From: an uncultured Succinivibrionaceae bacterium
GTDB taxonomy: Bacteria; Pseudomonadota; Gammaproteobacteria; Enterobacterales; Succinivibrionaceae
DNA: 63,206 bases
Assembly (NCBI GenBank): GCA_944390085.1
Contig: CALXOT010000129.1
Location: forward strand, 1 to 63,206
Direction: 5' to 3'
The translations under genes and the position numbers were made by a program. The notes under the pieces are model-generated. The model was not told the DNA's origin, made no database searches, and worked only from the letters and a program-made list of their open reading frames with translations. Every line of letters begins with the position of its first letter. Position 1 is the first letter of the stretch. Positions 1 to 9,116 of the stretch are shown piece by piece.

Positions 1-308
1 GGGCTTTTTTGCTCCGACCTGATGGGGGCATTGTGGACATGCCCGTAAGTGCCCAGTAATGGGTGCTTACTAAAAGTGAGGCACCGTCTTCACGAAACCT
101 CGCACGTAAGTGCGTAGGTAGTTCATACTCTTTTCCGGCAGGTTCCTGATAAATTTGCCTGACGTCACATTTCAGGGCATGGGCAAAATCTTTCAGACAT
201 AATCTAAACCGCATTGGCCAAAGCCCCGTGAGCAAAACTTGCCGGGGATCGAATTTTTACTATTTGTCTGCCCGGGTTGAAGCTGTTGCGGTTTCAATCT
301 GCTATTAT

Positions 309-344
309 ATTCCCATATATAGAATAGTAGTTCCATATATGGAA
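309..344. promoter_or_regulatory. Tandem operator-like palindromes upstream of the aldolase/dehydratase pair
   Basis: TTCCATATATGGAA (331-344) is a perfect 14-bp palindrome. ATTCCCATATATAGAAT (309-325) is an imperfect copy of the same design. Both lie just 5' of the GGAG RBS (352-355) of the CDS at 362. Confidence 0.4.
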
Positions 345-361
345 TAAAACCGGAGAAAACC

Positions 362-1270
362 ATGGCTAATTTTGTATTCAAGGGCGTGATCCCGCCGATT
401 TCCACTATTTTTAACGAGAAGTTGCAGTTTGATCCTGCAGGTCAGGGCAGACTGATCGATTTTTTGATTGACAGTGGGGTGGATGGCATGTTTTTCCTGG
501 GCAGTGGCGGTGAATTTACCCAGATGTCCGCCGCCGAGCGCAAGGAAGTGGCTGCTGCTGCCGTCGCCCATGTCAAAGGACGCGTCCCGGTGCTGATCGG
601 TACCGGCAGTACCAATACCCGTGAGGCTATTGAGCTGTCCGTGCACGCCAAGGAAGTAGGCGCAGACGGTATTGTAGTGATCAATCCTTACTACTGGCAC
701 CTGACTGAAGCCAATTTGCGCCAGTATTTCGTCTCCATCGCCCAAAGCGTGGCTCCGCTGCCGGTTATGCTTTATAACTTCCCGGCCCTGACAGGTCAGG
801 ACTTGACCCCGGACTTTGTGGCCTCCTTAGTTAAGGAATGCCCGAACATTGTCGGTATCAAGGAGACTTTGGACTGCATCGGCCACATCAGTGAGATGAA
901 CCGGGTGGTGCATCAGGTTAACCCGGACTTTGCAGTATTCTGCGGCTTTGACAATCACCTGCTGACCAACCTGCTTTCAGGTGGAGCGGGCGTGATCTCG
1001 GCCAGCGGTAATTTTGTACCCAAGTTCACCATCAATACTTATCAGAGCTTCATCAAGGGAGATCTGGCCGCAGCTTGTAAGTGGCATCAGCATCTGCTGC
1101 AGGTGATCCGCGCCTATGGTCTGGACAGCCCGTTTGTCAACTGCGTCAAGGAAGCTTCCGTACTGTGCGGGGTTGATATCCCGACCTATGTGCTGCCGCC
1201 GACCTCACCTTTAAGCGCAGAGAAGAAGGCTCAACTCAAGGCTCTGCTGCAGGAGCTTGGTATTATCTAA
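362..1270 (+). CDS. DapA/NAL-family class I aldolase, YagE/YjhH-like 2-keto-3-deoxy-pentonate aldolase
   Basis: 302 aa. The N-terminus (GVIPPISTIF...DxxG...LIDFLIDSGVDGMFFLGSGGEF) is typical of the dihydrodipicolinate synthase family. It lies directly upstream of a YagF/YjhG-like dehydratase, as in the E. coli yagEF and yjhHG pairs. RBS GGAG is 6 nt upstream. Confidence 0.75.
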   Translation: MANFVFKGVIPPISTIFNEKLQFDPAGQGRLIDFLIDSGVDGMFFLGSGGEFTQMSAAERKEVAAAAVAHVKGRVPVLIGTGSTNTREAIELSVHAKEVGADGIVVINPYYWHLTEANLRQYFVSIAQSVAPLPVMLYNFPALTGQDLTPDFVASLVKECPNIVGIKETLDCIGHISEMNRVVHQVNPDFAVFCGFDNHLLTNLLSGGAGVISASGNFVPKFTINTYQSFIKGDLAAACKWHQHLLQVIRAYGLDSPFVNCVKEASVLCGVDIPTYVLPPTSPLSAEKKAQLKALLQELGII

Positions 1271-1422
1271 GGTACAAAGCTTGCCCTCAGGTCTGATTTT
1301 GCATCAGCACTGGGGAATAAATTAAGCCTTATCATCAATAGCCCTGCCGTTGCCTGGTGTACAGCAGCAGGGTAATGCTAGAGCCATGCAAGTGCCGCAG
1401 CTGCGGCCATGAGGAACACGTA

Positions 1423-3393
1423 ATGAGCGTACAGGATATTTTTGTAAACGAGAGCGCTGAATATTTTGCCCCGCGTACTAAGGCTGACGGCCCGAAGGGC
1501 TCACTGCCGCTGACCCCGGAAAAGTTAAGGAATGATCCGTCCGGTAATATGTTCGGCTGGACCCTTGATGCCGGCATGGGCTGGGAGCCTTCCGAGCTCA
1601 ACCGTCCGGAGGTTTTGATTTTAAGTAATGCAGGCGGCCTGCGCGGTGAGAATGGCAAGCCCATTGCGCTTACCTATCATACCGGCAACTATGAGTTGAC
1701 CCTGCAGGTTAAGGAAGCTGCAGCGGAGATCAAGGAGTTGGGGGCACTGCCTTATGCCGCTTATGTCACCGATCCGTGCGATGGCAGATCCCAGGGGACC
1801 CATGGCATGTTCGATTCCCTGCCTTACCGCAACGACAGTGCACTGGTGCTGCGCCGTCTGATGCGCTCGCTGCCTACAGCCAAGGGTTTTTTAGGTATTG
1901 CCACCTGTGACAAGGGATTGCCGGGCATGATGATGGCGCTGTGCTCTGCCCATGACAAGCCGGTGGTGCTGGTGCCTGGTGGTACCACCTTGCCTGCAGT
2001 GGCAGGTGAGGATGCCGGTAAGGTGCAGACTATCGGCGCTCGTTTTGCCAATAATGAGATCACCCTGGAATACGCCTCCCGTCAGGGCTGCGTGGCCTGT
2101 GCCTCAGCAGGCGGTGGCTGTCAGTTCCTGGGGACGGCCGGCACTTCACAGGTGATAGCCGAGGCTCTGGGTATTGCCCTGACCCATTCTGCCTTAGCAC
2201 CGTCCGGGGAGAAGATTTGGCTGAAGATTGCCCGCGACTCGGCTCGTGCCCTTTTGGATTTAATGAAACGCGGACTTACCTTAAAGGATATTGTCACTGA
2301 CAAGGCCATTGAGAACGCCATGGTGATCCATGCGGCAGTTGGTGGTTCTACCAATATCCTGTTACATCTGCCGGCCATTGCCTTTGCTGCAGGCTGCCGC
2401 CGTCCGACCGTGGATGACTGGCACCGCATCAACCTGTCGGTGCCGCGTCTGGTCAGCGTCAATCCCAATGGCCCGGTGCCGCATCCGACGGTGCGCATGT
2501 TCCTCGCAGGCGGTGTGGCTGAGGTGATGCTGCACTTAAGAAAGCTTGGCCTGCTGCACGAGGATGTTATGACCGTCACTGGTTCTACCTTGGGTGAGAA
2601 CCTTGACTGCTATGAAAACTCTGCCCGCCGTCAGGCGCTGCGCCGCCTGTTGCAGGATGCTGACGGCATCAGCCCGGATGATGTGATCATGCCGCCTAAA
2701 CTTGCAAAGGAGCGAGGCCTTACTTCCACCATTACCTTCCCGCGCGGCAATATTGCCCCCGAAGGTTCGGTGATCAAGTCCACTGCTATTGATCCAAGCG
2801 TGGTGGGCGAGGATGGGGTATACCGTGCCAAGGGCCCCATCAAGGTGTTCGTCTCTGAAGAAGATGCTATCAAAGCCATTAAGACCGGCAAGATAGTCAA
2901 GGGCGACATTATGTGCGTGATAGGCGGCGGCCCGCTGGGCACCGGCATGGAGGAAACCTATCAGCTGACTTCAGCCTTAAAGTACTTGCCTTTTGGTAAG
3001 TACGTGACCTTGCTGACCGATGCCCGCTTCTCCGGTGTTTCCACCGGCGCCTGTGTCGGCCATATCGGGCCTGAAGCTCTGGCCGGTGGACCTATCGGCA
3101 AGCTGCGCGACGGCGATCTGGTTGAAGTGATCATCGACCGCAAACACCTGACCGGTTCCCTGAATTTCCTGGGCAGCCCTGAGCATGAGGTCAGCCCGGA
3201 GCAGGGAGCTGAGATTCTGGCAGGGCGTGAGATGCATCCTGAGGTCAGGCCGCATCCGGCTCTGCCGGGCGATACTGCCATGTGGGCGGCGCTGCAGACT
3301 GCAAGCGGCGGTACCTGGCAGGGCTGCGTCTATGATCCGGAGAAGATCTGCGCAGTGATTAAGGCCGGTATGCAGGCTCTGGCAGAAAAGTAG
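1423..3393 (+). CDS. IlvD/Edd-family dehydratase, YagF/YjhG-like (xylonate/pentonate dehydratase)
   Basis: The translation from MSVQDIFVNESAEYFAPR... aligns in my memory with E. coli YagF/YjhG (655 aa), and this start gives 656 aa. Conserved CDGRSQG and ATCDKGLPG segments are present. The ORF-track start at 1357 looks like an upstream extension; GAGGAA lies upstream of the ATG at 1423. Confidence 0.85.
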   Translation: MSVQDIFVNESAEYFAPRTKADGPKGSLPLTPEKLRNDPSGNMFGWTLDAGMGWEPSELNRPEVLILSNAGGLRGENGKPIALTYHTGNYELTLQVKEAAAEIKELGALPYAAYVTDPCDGRSQGTHGMFDSLPYRNDSALVLRRLMRSLPTAKGFLGIATCDKGLPGMMMALCSAHDKPVVLVPGGTTLPAVAGEDAGKVQTIGARFANNEITLEYASRQGCVACASAGGGCQFLGTAGTSQVIAEALGIALTHSALAPSGEKIWLKIARDSARALLDLMKRGLTLKDIVTDKAIENAMVIHAAVGGSTNILLHLPAIAFAAGCRRPTVDDWHRINLSVPRLVSVNPNGPVPHPTVRMFLAGGVAEVMLHLRKLGLLHEDVMTVTGSTLGENLDCYENSARRQALRRLLQDADGISPDDVIMPPKLAKERGLTSTITFPRGNIAPEGSVIKSTAIDPSVVGEDGVYRAKGPIKVFVSEEDAIKAIKTGKIVKGDIMCVIGGGPLGTGMEETYQLTSALKYLPFGKYVTLLTDARFSGVSTGACVGHIGPEALAGGPIGKLRDGDLVEVIIDRKHLTGSLNFLGSPEHEVSPEQGAEILAGREMHPEVRPHPALPGDTAMWAALQTASGGTWQGCVYDPEKICAVIKAGMQALAEK

Positions 3394-3457
3394 GCTGCAT
3401 AAGCAGTCCTTCCTGTGCAAAAAGTCTGTTTAAAGGCAGTTTTGCACAGGGTGCTGA

Positions 3458-3510
3458 GCCGCGCCTTGCGCCCTGAGGGTAAACTTTCGGGCGTAAGACG
3501 CGGCTTTTGT
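3458..3510 (+). terminator. Rho-independent terminator after the dehydratase gene
   Basis: Stem GCCGCG (3458-3463) pairs with CGCGGC (3499-3504), with an inner CGCCC/GGGCG helix, followed by TTTT. It is preceded by an 11-bp hairpin CCTGTGCAAAA/TTTTGCACAGG (3412-3450). Confidence 0.6.
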
Positions 3511-3593
3511 ATTAGAATGGGCATTATTTTGATATTTTTTTAGGGCGGGCTGCTTTTTTAAGTCCGCCGACTTGTAGTCAGGAGATGCAATTA

Positions 3594-4778
3594 ATGGCTG
3601 ACATTGATGCAGCATTACGTGAAATAACCCGTGGTATAGCTGAGATCATTCCGCTGGAGGAACTTAAAAAGAAGCTGGAATCAGGGCGTGAGCTTATTAT
3701 CAAGCTGGGCATGGATCCCACCGCTCCTGACATTCATCTGGGGCATACCGTCATTTTGAACAAGCTTCGGGCCTTCCAGGATCTGGGACACAAGGTGGTG
3801 CTGCTGATTGGTGACTTTACCGCTTCGGTAGGCGATCCGTCAGGCAAGAATGCCACCCGCCCGCAGTTACCGCGTGAAAAGATTATTGAAAACGCCAAGA
3901 CCTATGCCGATCAGGCCTTTAAGGTGCTTGATCGCTCCAAGACCGAGATCCGCTATAACTCCGAGTGGCTGGGTAAGCTCGGGGCAGAAGGTATGATCCG
4001 CCTGGCTTCCAAACTTACGGTAGCCCGCATGTTGGAGCGCGATGATTTTACCAAGCGCTATCAGTCAGGGCAGCCCATTGCCATACATGAGTTCCTTTAC
4101 CCGTTGCTGCAGGGCTATGATTCAGTAGCCTTAAAGGCGGACGTGGAACTGGGCGGCACTGATCAGAAGTTTAACCTGCTAATGGGCCGGGAGCTGCAGA
4201 AGGATGCTGGCATGGAGCCGCAGGTGGTGCTGATGATGCCGCTGCTCGTTGGCCTGGATGGCGTGAAAAAGATGTCTAAGTCTGCCGGCAATTATATCGG
4301 CGTGGAGGATCTCCCTGCAGATATGTTTGGCAAGATCATGTCGCTTTCAGATGAGCTGATGTGGAATTACTACGATCTGCTGTCCGCAAGGCGCGTTGAT
4401 GAAATTGCGGCACTTAAGGCAAAATGTGCGTCAGGTGAAATGAATCCGCGCGATGCCAAGATAGAACTCGGGCGCGAAATTGTGACCCGTTATCATGGTG
4501 CTGCGGCTGCCGATGAAGCAGTCAACGGATTTATCAATCAATTTGCCAAGGGCGCGCTACCTGAGGACATGCCTGAGCTTACGCTTCAGGCTGACACCAT
4601 CCCGCAGTTGCTCAAGGCTGCAGGATTATGCGCCTCTACCTCTGATGCTATCCGCATGATGGGGCAGAACGCAGTCAGGTGTGACGGGGAACTGATGACC
4701 GATAAAAAGGCGGCAGTTCCTGCAGGCACCCATGTCTGGCAGGTCGGCAAACGCCGCTTTGCAAGAATTACTGTTTAA
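3594..4778 (+). CDS. tyrS: Tyrosine--tRNA ligase (type 2)
   Basis: HIGH-type motif HLGH and a KMSKS motif are present, with a C-terminal S4-like domain. The ATG at 3594 is 9 nt from GGAG (3581-3584); the ORF-track ATG at 3585 abuts the SD. Confidence 0.9.
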   Translation: MADIDAALREITRGIAEIIPLEELKKKLESGRELIIKLGMDPTAPDIHLGHTVILNKLRAFQDLGHKVVLLIGDFTASVGDPSGKNATRPQLPREKIIENAKTYADQAFKVLDRSKTEIRYNSEWLGKLGAEGMIRLASKLTVARMLERDDFTKRYQSGQPIAIHEFLYPLLQGYDSVALKADVELGGTDQKFNLLMGRELQKDAGMEPQVVLMMPLLVGLDGVKKMSKSAGNYIGVEDLPADMFGKIMSLSDELMWNYYDLLSARRVDEIAALKAKCASGEMNPRDAKIELGREIVTRYHGAAAADEAVNGFINQFAKGALPEDMPELTLQADTIPQLLKAAGLCASTSDAIRMMGQNAVRCDGELMTDKKAAVPAGTHVWQVGKRRFARITV

Positions 4779-4802
4779 CCTCAAGGAGAGGATTACGAAA
4801 AA

Positions 4803-5465
4803 ATGACTCAGGATGAATTAAAAGAGATGGTGGCCGCTGAGGCCTTAAACTATATCCCCAAGGATGGCATCTTAGGTGTGGGCTCAGGCTCAACCGTAGT
4901 GAAATTTATTCAGGCTATCCACCGCAATCACATTAAGGTGGATGCTGCGGTCAGCTCTTCCAACAAGACCACGCAGATGCTGCAGGATATCGGTATCCGG
5001 GTGCTCGATCCCAATGAGTGCGAGCCTTATGGCGTTTATATCGACGGCGCTGATGAGGTCAATGACAGCTTTGACATGATCAAGGGTGGCGGTGCTTGCC
5101 TGACCCGTGAGAAGATCTTAGCTTCCATGGCTGAGAAGTTTATCTGCATCGTGGATAAGTCCAAGCTGGTCACTACCTTAGGCAAGTTCCCGCTGCCGGT
5201 TGAGGTGATCCCGATGGCCGCAGGCCAGGTTGCCCGTACCGTCAGAGCCATGGGAGCCACCCCGGTGCTGCGTCCTGATTGCATTACTGACAATGGCTGT
5301 CAGATTCTGGATCTGCAGAATTTCATGATCCCTGATCCGGCTGCTACTGAGCGTGCCATCAACGCCATCCCTGGTGTGGTGACCGTGGGTCTGTTTGCCC
5401 GCCGTGGTGCCGATGTGGTGCTCTATGCCACCGACGAGGGCGTGCAGAAGAAGGTGCGTCCGTAA
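4803..5465 (+). CDS. rpiA: Ribose-5-phosphate isomerase A
   Basis: 220 aa with GVGSGST and DGADE...KGGG motifs typical of RpiA. A strong RBS lies upstream. Confidence 0.9.
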   Translation: MTQDELKEMVAAEALNYIPKDGILGVGSGSTVVKFIQAIHRNHIKVDAAVSSSNKTTQMLQDIGIRVLDPNECEPYGVYIDGADEVNDSFDMIKGGGACLTREKILASMAEKFICIVDKSKLVTTLGKFPLPVEVIPMAAGQVARTVRAMGATPVLRPDCITDNGCQILDLQNFMIPDPAATERAINAIPGVVTVGLFARRGADVVLYATDEGVQKKVRP

Positions 5466-5502
5466 TTGAAAGTTAAGCTGCCGCGCACCGGGCGCGGCTG
5501 CA

Positions 5503-5550
5503 GGCGGGACGGGCTATATCCAGGATAGAAGCCGGTCCCGCCTTATTTTT
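5503..5550 (+). terminator. Terminator after rpiA (convergent with the autotransporter gene)
   Basis: Stem GGCGGGAC (5503-5510) pairs with GTCCCGCC (5535-5542), followed by TTATTTTT. A second 7-bp hairpin GCCGCGC/GCGCGGC lies at 5480-5498. Confidence 0.65.
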
Positions 5551-5561
5551 GCCTTCTCCGG

Positions 5562-8288
5562 CTAAAAGCGCAGCTTAAGCTGCAGCTGCCCGGCTGTTTC
5601 CCTAATATCCCCGCCACTGCGGCGCAGCAGGGCCTGTACACTAAGATTGGCGGTGTGCAGCTTAAGCCCGCCCTGAGCCCCGCAGGCGTGGCCCTTGAGC
5701 TGATAGTCAGGCAGTGTAAATCCTTCAATGCTGCCGCTTGCCTGTGAATCAAGAAAACGGCTGTAAAACAGATCAGCGCTCAGGCTTAAGCTGGCAAGCG
5801 GGCTTGCCGTGAGCCCAAGTTTGATCCCGGCGTTTTGCAATTTCACGCCCTTAAGTTCCAAAAGGTTGTCATCTTGATGTGAAAGTGTCAGTCTGTCAGC
5901 ATCAAGATGCAGCAGCTGATAGAAAAGCCCCGGACTTAGGGTGAGGGAGCGCGTCGGCCGGAAGTGCAGGTTTCCCTGCAGGCTCAGTGCGCCATAGGGG
6001 GCGCTGAAGTCATAATTTACCTGTTCCTCACTGTGGCGGTAAAAAGCTGAAAAATCACCTTCAGTGATGCCGCCTTGCACGGTCAGCTCTAGGTCAGCAA
6101 GATCCTCCTGCAGCGCCAGCCGCGCCCCGACACCGGCCCAGCTGATATCGCCCGAAGGGCTGCAGTTAGTGAAATCTTCCTGATAGGAGGAGCTGCCGCC
6201 TGTGGCAAAGAGGAGCCCGTTAAGGCTGCCCTCCTGGTTCAGGGCAAAGGCGATGCCTCCTGCGGCGCTGAAGCCATCAAGTTCGAGCCTGCTGTCCTGG
6301 TCAAACTCTATATCAAAGTAACTGACGGCCGCAAAGGGCTCAGCCTGGCCCCGGCTTATGTTGGGCAGGCTGAGGTTATCGATAAGCTTGCTTCCCTGCA
6401 ACAGGCTCAGGGCGGCGGCGGCCGGGGCGGTAAGCAGGGTTCTGGCGTTGTCAGCATCAAGGCGCAGGGTGTGATCAAACACCGGATCTTGACTGCTGTC
6501 AGCTGCACTCCAGATAAGCTCATGCTCAAACACATGCTCGCTGCGTGGCTGCCAGGCATGGAAGACAAAGGACTCATCGCCACGGATCAGGGTATGCTCA
6601 TCGACGGTGAGTTTGTTGGCTTCGTTCACATACAGTAGTTTTACCTGATCAGGGGCATCTACCTTAATGCCGCTGACCCACAGCTCCCTGCCGCTGAGAT
6701 CAAGACCGTTCTTGCCGGTAACGGTCAGTACCGGCTGTGCGCCGGCACTGTCATTTTCGGTATCAATTAAAAGATGCAGGCGGTGAAAGCCGTCAAGTGC
6801 CCCGGCCTTTACGGTGCCGTCAACAGCGATCTCGTTTCCCTGATTGACAGGCTGCCCATTTACATCGCGGGCGCCAAACACGGTCCCCTCAACTTCAGTC
6901 AGGCCGCGCAGCACCGTCAGGTTATGGGCAGCCTCCATGGCAGTGGCAGCGCTGGCATCACCTGAAACTTTGGCGTTTACAAGCAGCAGGGTGTTGTGCA
7001 GTGCCTTAAGCCCCTGAGCCGCCGTGACATTACCGCTGACGTTGCCTGCGCGGATGAACAGCAGGTTCAGTGAAGCTTCGTTGCCGGCAGTACCGGCACT
7101 GATGTCACCTGTAACCTGACCCTCTATGGTCAGATTGTTGTAAAGTGCGTCTTTAGCTCCGTAGCCTGCCTGGACGTTACCGTACACGTTGGCAGCTTTG
7201 GTTATATGCACCTGATTGAGGTAAGCGCTACCTTGCAGGGCTTCTCCGCCCTTGAGCACCACTGCGCTACTGCCGCTGCTGCCGATCGTGCCCGATACGG
7301 TGACGCTGTTTTCGATACTGTCAGCGCTGTTGCTGATGCCTCCCTGTACACTCCCTGCGCTGCTGTGTTCCATGAGCGTGACCGAGTTGCCGGCTGCAAG
7401 CAATTGTGCCTGTGCCCCGTAAAGCTGCCCGGCCTTGGCGCCAGGGTGCAGGGTGACACTGTTATAGAGTGCGCCACCCTGTGCCGAAATGCCGCCTGCG
7501 GCCAGATCTGCCGTACCGCTTAGCTCCAGGAAATTGCTGTCAGTCCCGCTGTAGCCAAAGCCTGCAGCCGCCTGTCCCACCTTACCTGCGACAGTCAGAA
7601 AATTGTAGGATGCCTTGCCCTGCAAGCTTAATCCGCCTGCAGCCTGACTGGCAGCAGCGTCAGCATTAATACTCAGCTCGTTGCTCTCACTGCCGCTTGC
7701 CCCTAGTCCTCCGCAGGCAAATTCACTGTACGCCCCTGCAAGTAAGATGGCCTCATTGCTGTCAGCCCGCCCCTTACTGCTGATCCCTCCTGCAAGATAG
7801 TGTGTTCTGGCGGCACTTTCGACGCGGTTGACCCGTACCCGGCCATTTTCAAGACTTACGGCTCCGGCAAGCAGTTGTGCCTGAGCACCAGCTGCGGCGA
7901 AGGCTTCGTTGTATTGTGCAGAATACCGTCCTTGCGACAGTCCGGCCATGGCGCTATGGATTTCGCTGCCGGAGCTGAGGGTTAACTGATTGTCGGCCGT
8001 ATCCTGGGTGCTGGCATAGCCGGCAATGGCATCAGCCCCACTCAGGGCAGCACTGACTGTAAGCTGTATATTGCGTGAGCTGCTCCAGGTGGGGCCGTAC
8101 CACGGGCGGCCTGCAGCTTGTCCCTGCAGTGGGCTGGTTGCTGCAGGCAACAGTTCAGAACTGTCATTTAACTGCAGTTGTTGCGCCACGGCTACAGCAG
8201 GCTGCAGCAAGAAAGTTAGCAAAATAAGGAACATCAGGGCAGGTAAGCTGCTGTCAAAAGATCTGGTCTGCAGCGGTAGTGTTTTCAT
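5562..8288 (-). CDS. Autotransporter outer-membrane protein with a repetitive Gly/Ala/Ser/Asn-rich passenger
   Basis: 908 aa. N-terminal signal peptide (...LLTFLLQPAVAVAQQ). Long degenerate beta-helix-like repeats (N-x-V/L-T-V/L, AGG/QGG). The C-terminal ~280 aa show alternating-hydrophobic beta strands ending in ...LKLRF, a terminal aromatic OMP signal. Confidence 0.75.
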   Translation of the reverse strand: MKTLPLQTRSFDSSLPALMFLILLTFLLQPAVAVAQQLQLNDSSELLPAATSPLQGQAAGRPWYGPTWSSSRNIQLTVSAALSGADAIAGYASTQDTADNQLTLSSGSEIHSAMAGLSQGRYSAQYNEAFAAAGAQAQLLAGAVSLENGRVRVNRVESAARTHYLAGGISSKGRADSNEAILLAGAYSEFACGGLGASGSESNELSINADAAASQAAGGLSLQGKASYNFLTVAGKVGQAAAGFGYSGTDSNFLELSGTADLAAGGISAQGGALYNSVTLHPGAKAGQLYGAQAQLLAAGNSVTLMEHSSAGSVQGGISNSADSIENSVTVSGTIGSSGSSAVVLKGGEALQGSAYLNQVHITKAANVYGNVQAGYGAKDALYNNLTIEGQVTGDISAGTAGNEASLNLLFIRAGNVSGNVTAAQGLKALHNTLLLVNAKVSGDASAATAMEAAHNLTVLRGLTEVEGTVFGARDVNGQPVNQGNEIAVDGTVKAGALDGFHRLHLLIDTENDSAGAQPVLTVTGKNGLDLSGRELWVSGIKVDAPDQVKLLYVNEANKLTVDEHTLIRGDESFVFHAWQPRSEHVFEHELIWSAADSSQDPVFDHTLRLDADNARTLLTAPAAAALSLLQGSKLIDNLSLPNISRGQAEPFAAVSYFDIEFDQDSRLELDGFSAAGGIAFALNQEGSLNGLLFATGGSSSYQEDFTNCSPSGDISWAGVGARLALQEDLADLELTVQGGITEGDFSAFYRHSEEQVNYDFSAPYGALSLQGNLHFRPTRSLTLSPGLFYQLLHLDADRLTLSHQDDNLLELKGVKLQNAGIKLGLTASPLASLSLSADLFYSRFLDSQASGSIEGFTLPDYQLKGHACGAQGGLKLHTANLSVQALLRRSGGDIRETAGQLQLKLRF

Positions 8289-8512
8289 AGAGCAATTTAG
8301 TCAGGCCGTGGAAATGGGCGCTGCAGCACCCGTTGCTGCAGTTTCAGAAATGGCCTGATCCTGCTTTGAGCATAACAGAAATAGTGTATAAAACCTGGCG
8401 GGTGCTTATTTTTATCAGATCGGATAAAGTCCCCGCATTCAGTTGCTGCAGGCGAACGTTGGTAGGGAAAGCCCGGCTTTTCATCAGGGCTTTGGATCTG
8501 CGCTTTTACAAA

Positions 8513-8529
8513 CTGGCATGCCTTTTGAA
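8513..8529 (+). promoter_or_regulatory. Candidate sigma54 (-24/-12) promoter of fliE
   Basis: CTGGCATGCCTTTTGAA has the GG-N10 spacing, but the -12 element is GA instead of the conserved GC. It lies about 64 nt upstream of the fliE ATG. Confidence 0.35.
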
Positions 8530-8592
8530 ATATTAAGTCTAGCAACACTGTTTACCGTCATAATTTTGACGTACAGGGCGGAGGAATAGTAA

Positions 8593-9033
8593 ATGAGCAT
8601 GAGTATTGATGGCAGCATGAACTCCCTTTCCATCATGTCGCAATTACAGCAGATGCAGCAGAATTTAAACCGCATGGCCGCAGGGGCACAGAGCATGCCA
8701 CCGGCCGTGAACCCGGATGCGCAAAATAAACTTTCAAGCGCAGCTGAAACTGCTAATATAGAAGATGCTGCGTCAGCAGCTGCTCCGGCAGGAAGCGCCG
8801 GTGACAGCGTGGGGCTGTTTGCCTCCATGCTCAAGGACGCTTTTGAGAACGTCAATATTTTGCAAAATGAGAGCGCAGCCATGCAGTCCCGCTTTGATGT
8901 CGGGGATCGCTCGGTAACACTGGCCGATGTGATGTTAGCCTCGCAGAAATCCAGTATTTCCTTTGAGGCCACGCTGCAGGTAAGAAACAAGATGGTGGAT
9001 GCTTACAAGACCATCATGCAGATGCAGATTTAA
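8593..9033 (+). CDS. fliE: Flagellar hook-basal body complex protein FliE
   Basis: The C-terminus ...SFEATLQVRNKMVDAYKTIMQMQI matches the conserved FliE tail. It lies directly upstream of fliF with RBS GGAGGA. At 146 aa it is longer than the usual ~100 aa because of an Ala-rich insert. Confidence 0.85.
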   Translation: MSMSIDGSMNSLSIMSQLQQMQQNLNRMAAGAQSMPPAVNPDAQNKLSSAAETANIEDAASAAAPAGSAGDSVGLFASMLKDAFENVNILQNESAAMQSRFDVGDRSVTLADVMLASQKSSISFEATLQVRNKMVDAYKTIMQMQI

Positions 9034-9116
9034 GTGCCGCTTTGCAATCAAGGCGTGGCGCTGTTTTTGCTTTTACAGTAATTTAAAAGAATTTAAGACA
9101 AATTTGAGAACAGATC

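Noticed and set aside
193-745. Minus-strand ORFs 193-405, 305-745 and 442-684 at the window start.
   Set aside because: They are antisense to the well-supported DapA-family CDS or lie over the operator/promoter region. They have no RBS and implausible composition.
1357-1422. Upstream extensions of ORF-track starts. Examples: 1357 for the dehydratase, 24599 for ppnN, 37680 for metK, 37687 for the dehydrogenase, 50317 for the autotransporter, and TTG/GTG starts for fliL, fliN, ispG, tolB and pal.
   Set aside because: Internal ATGs with proper SD spacing reproduce the conserved N-termini and lengths of known orthologues. The extensions add non-conserved residues.
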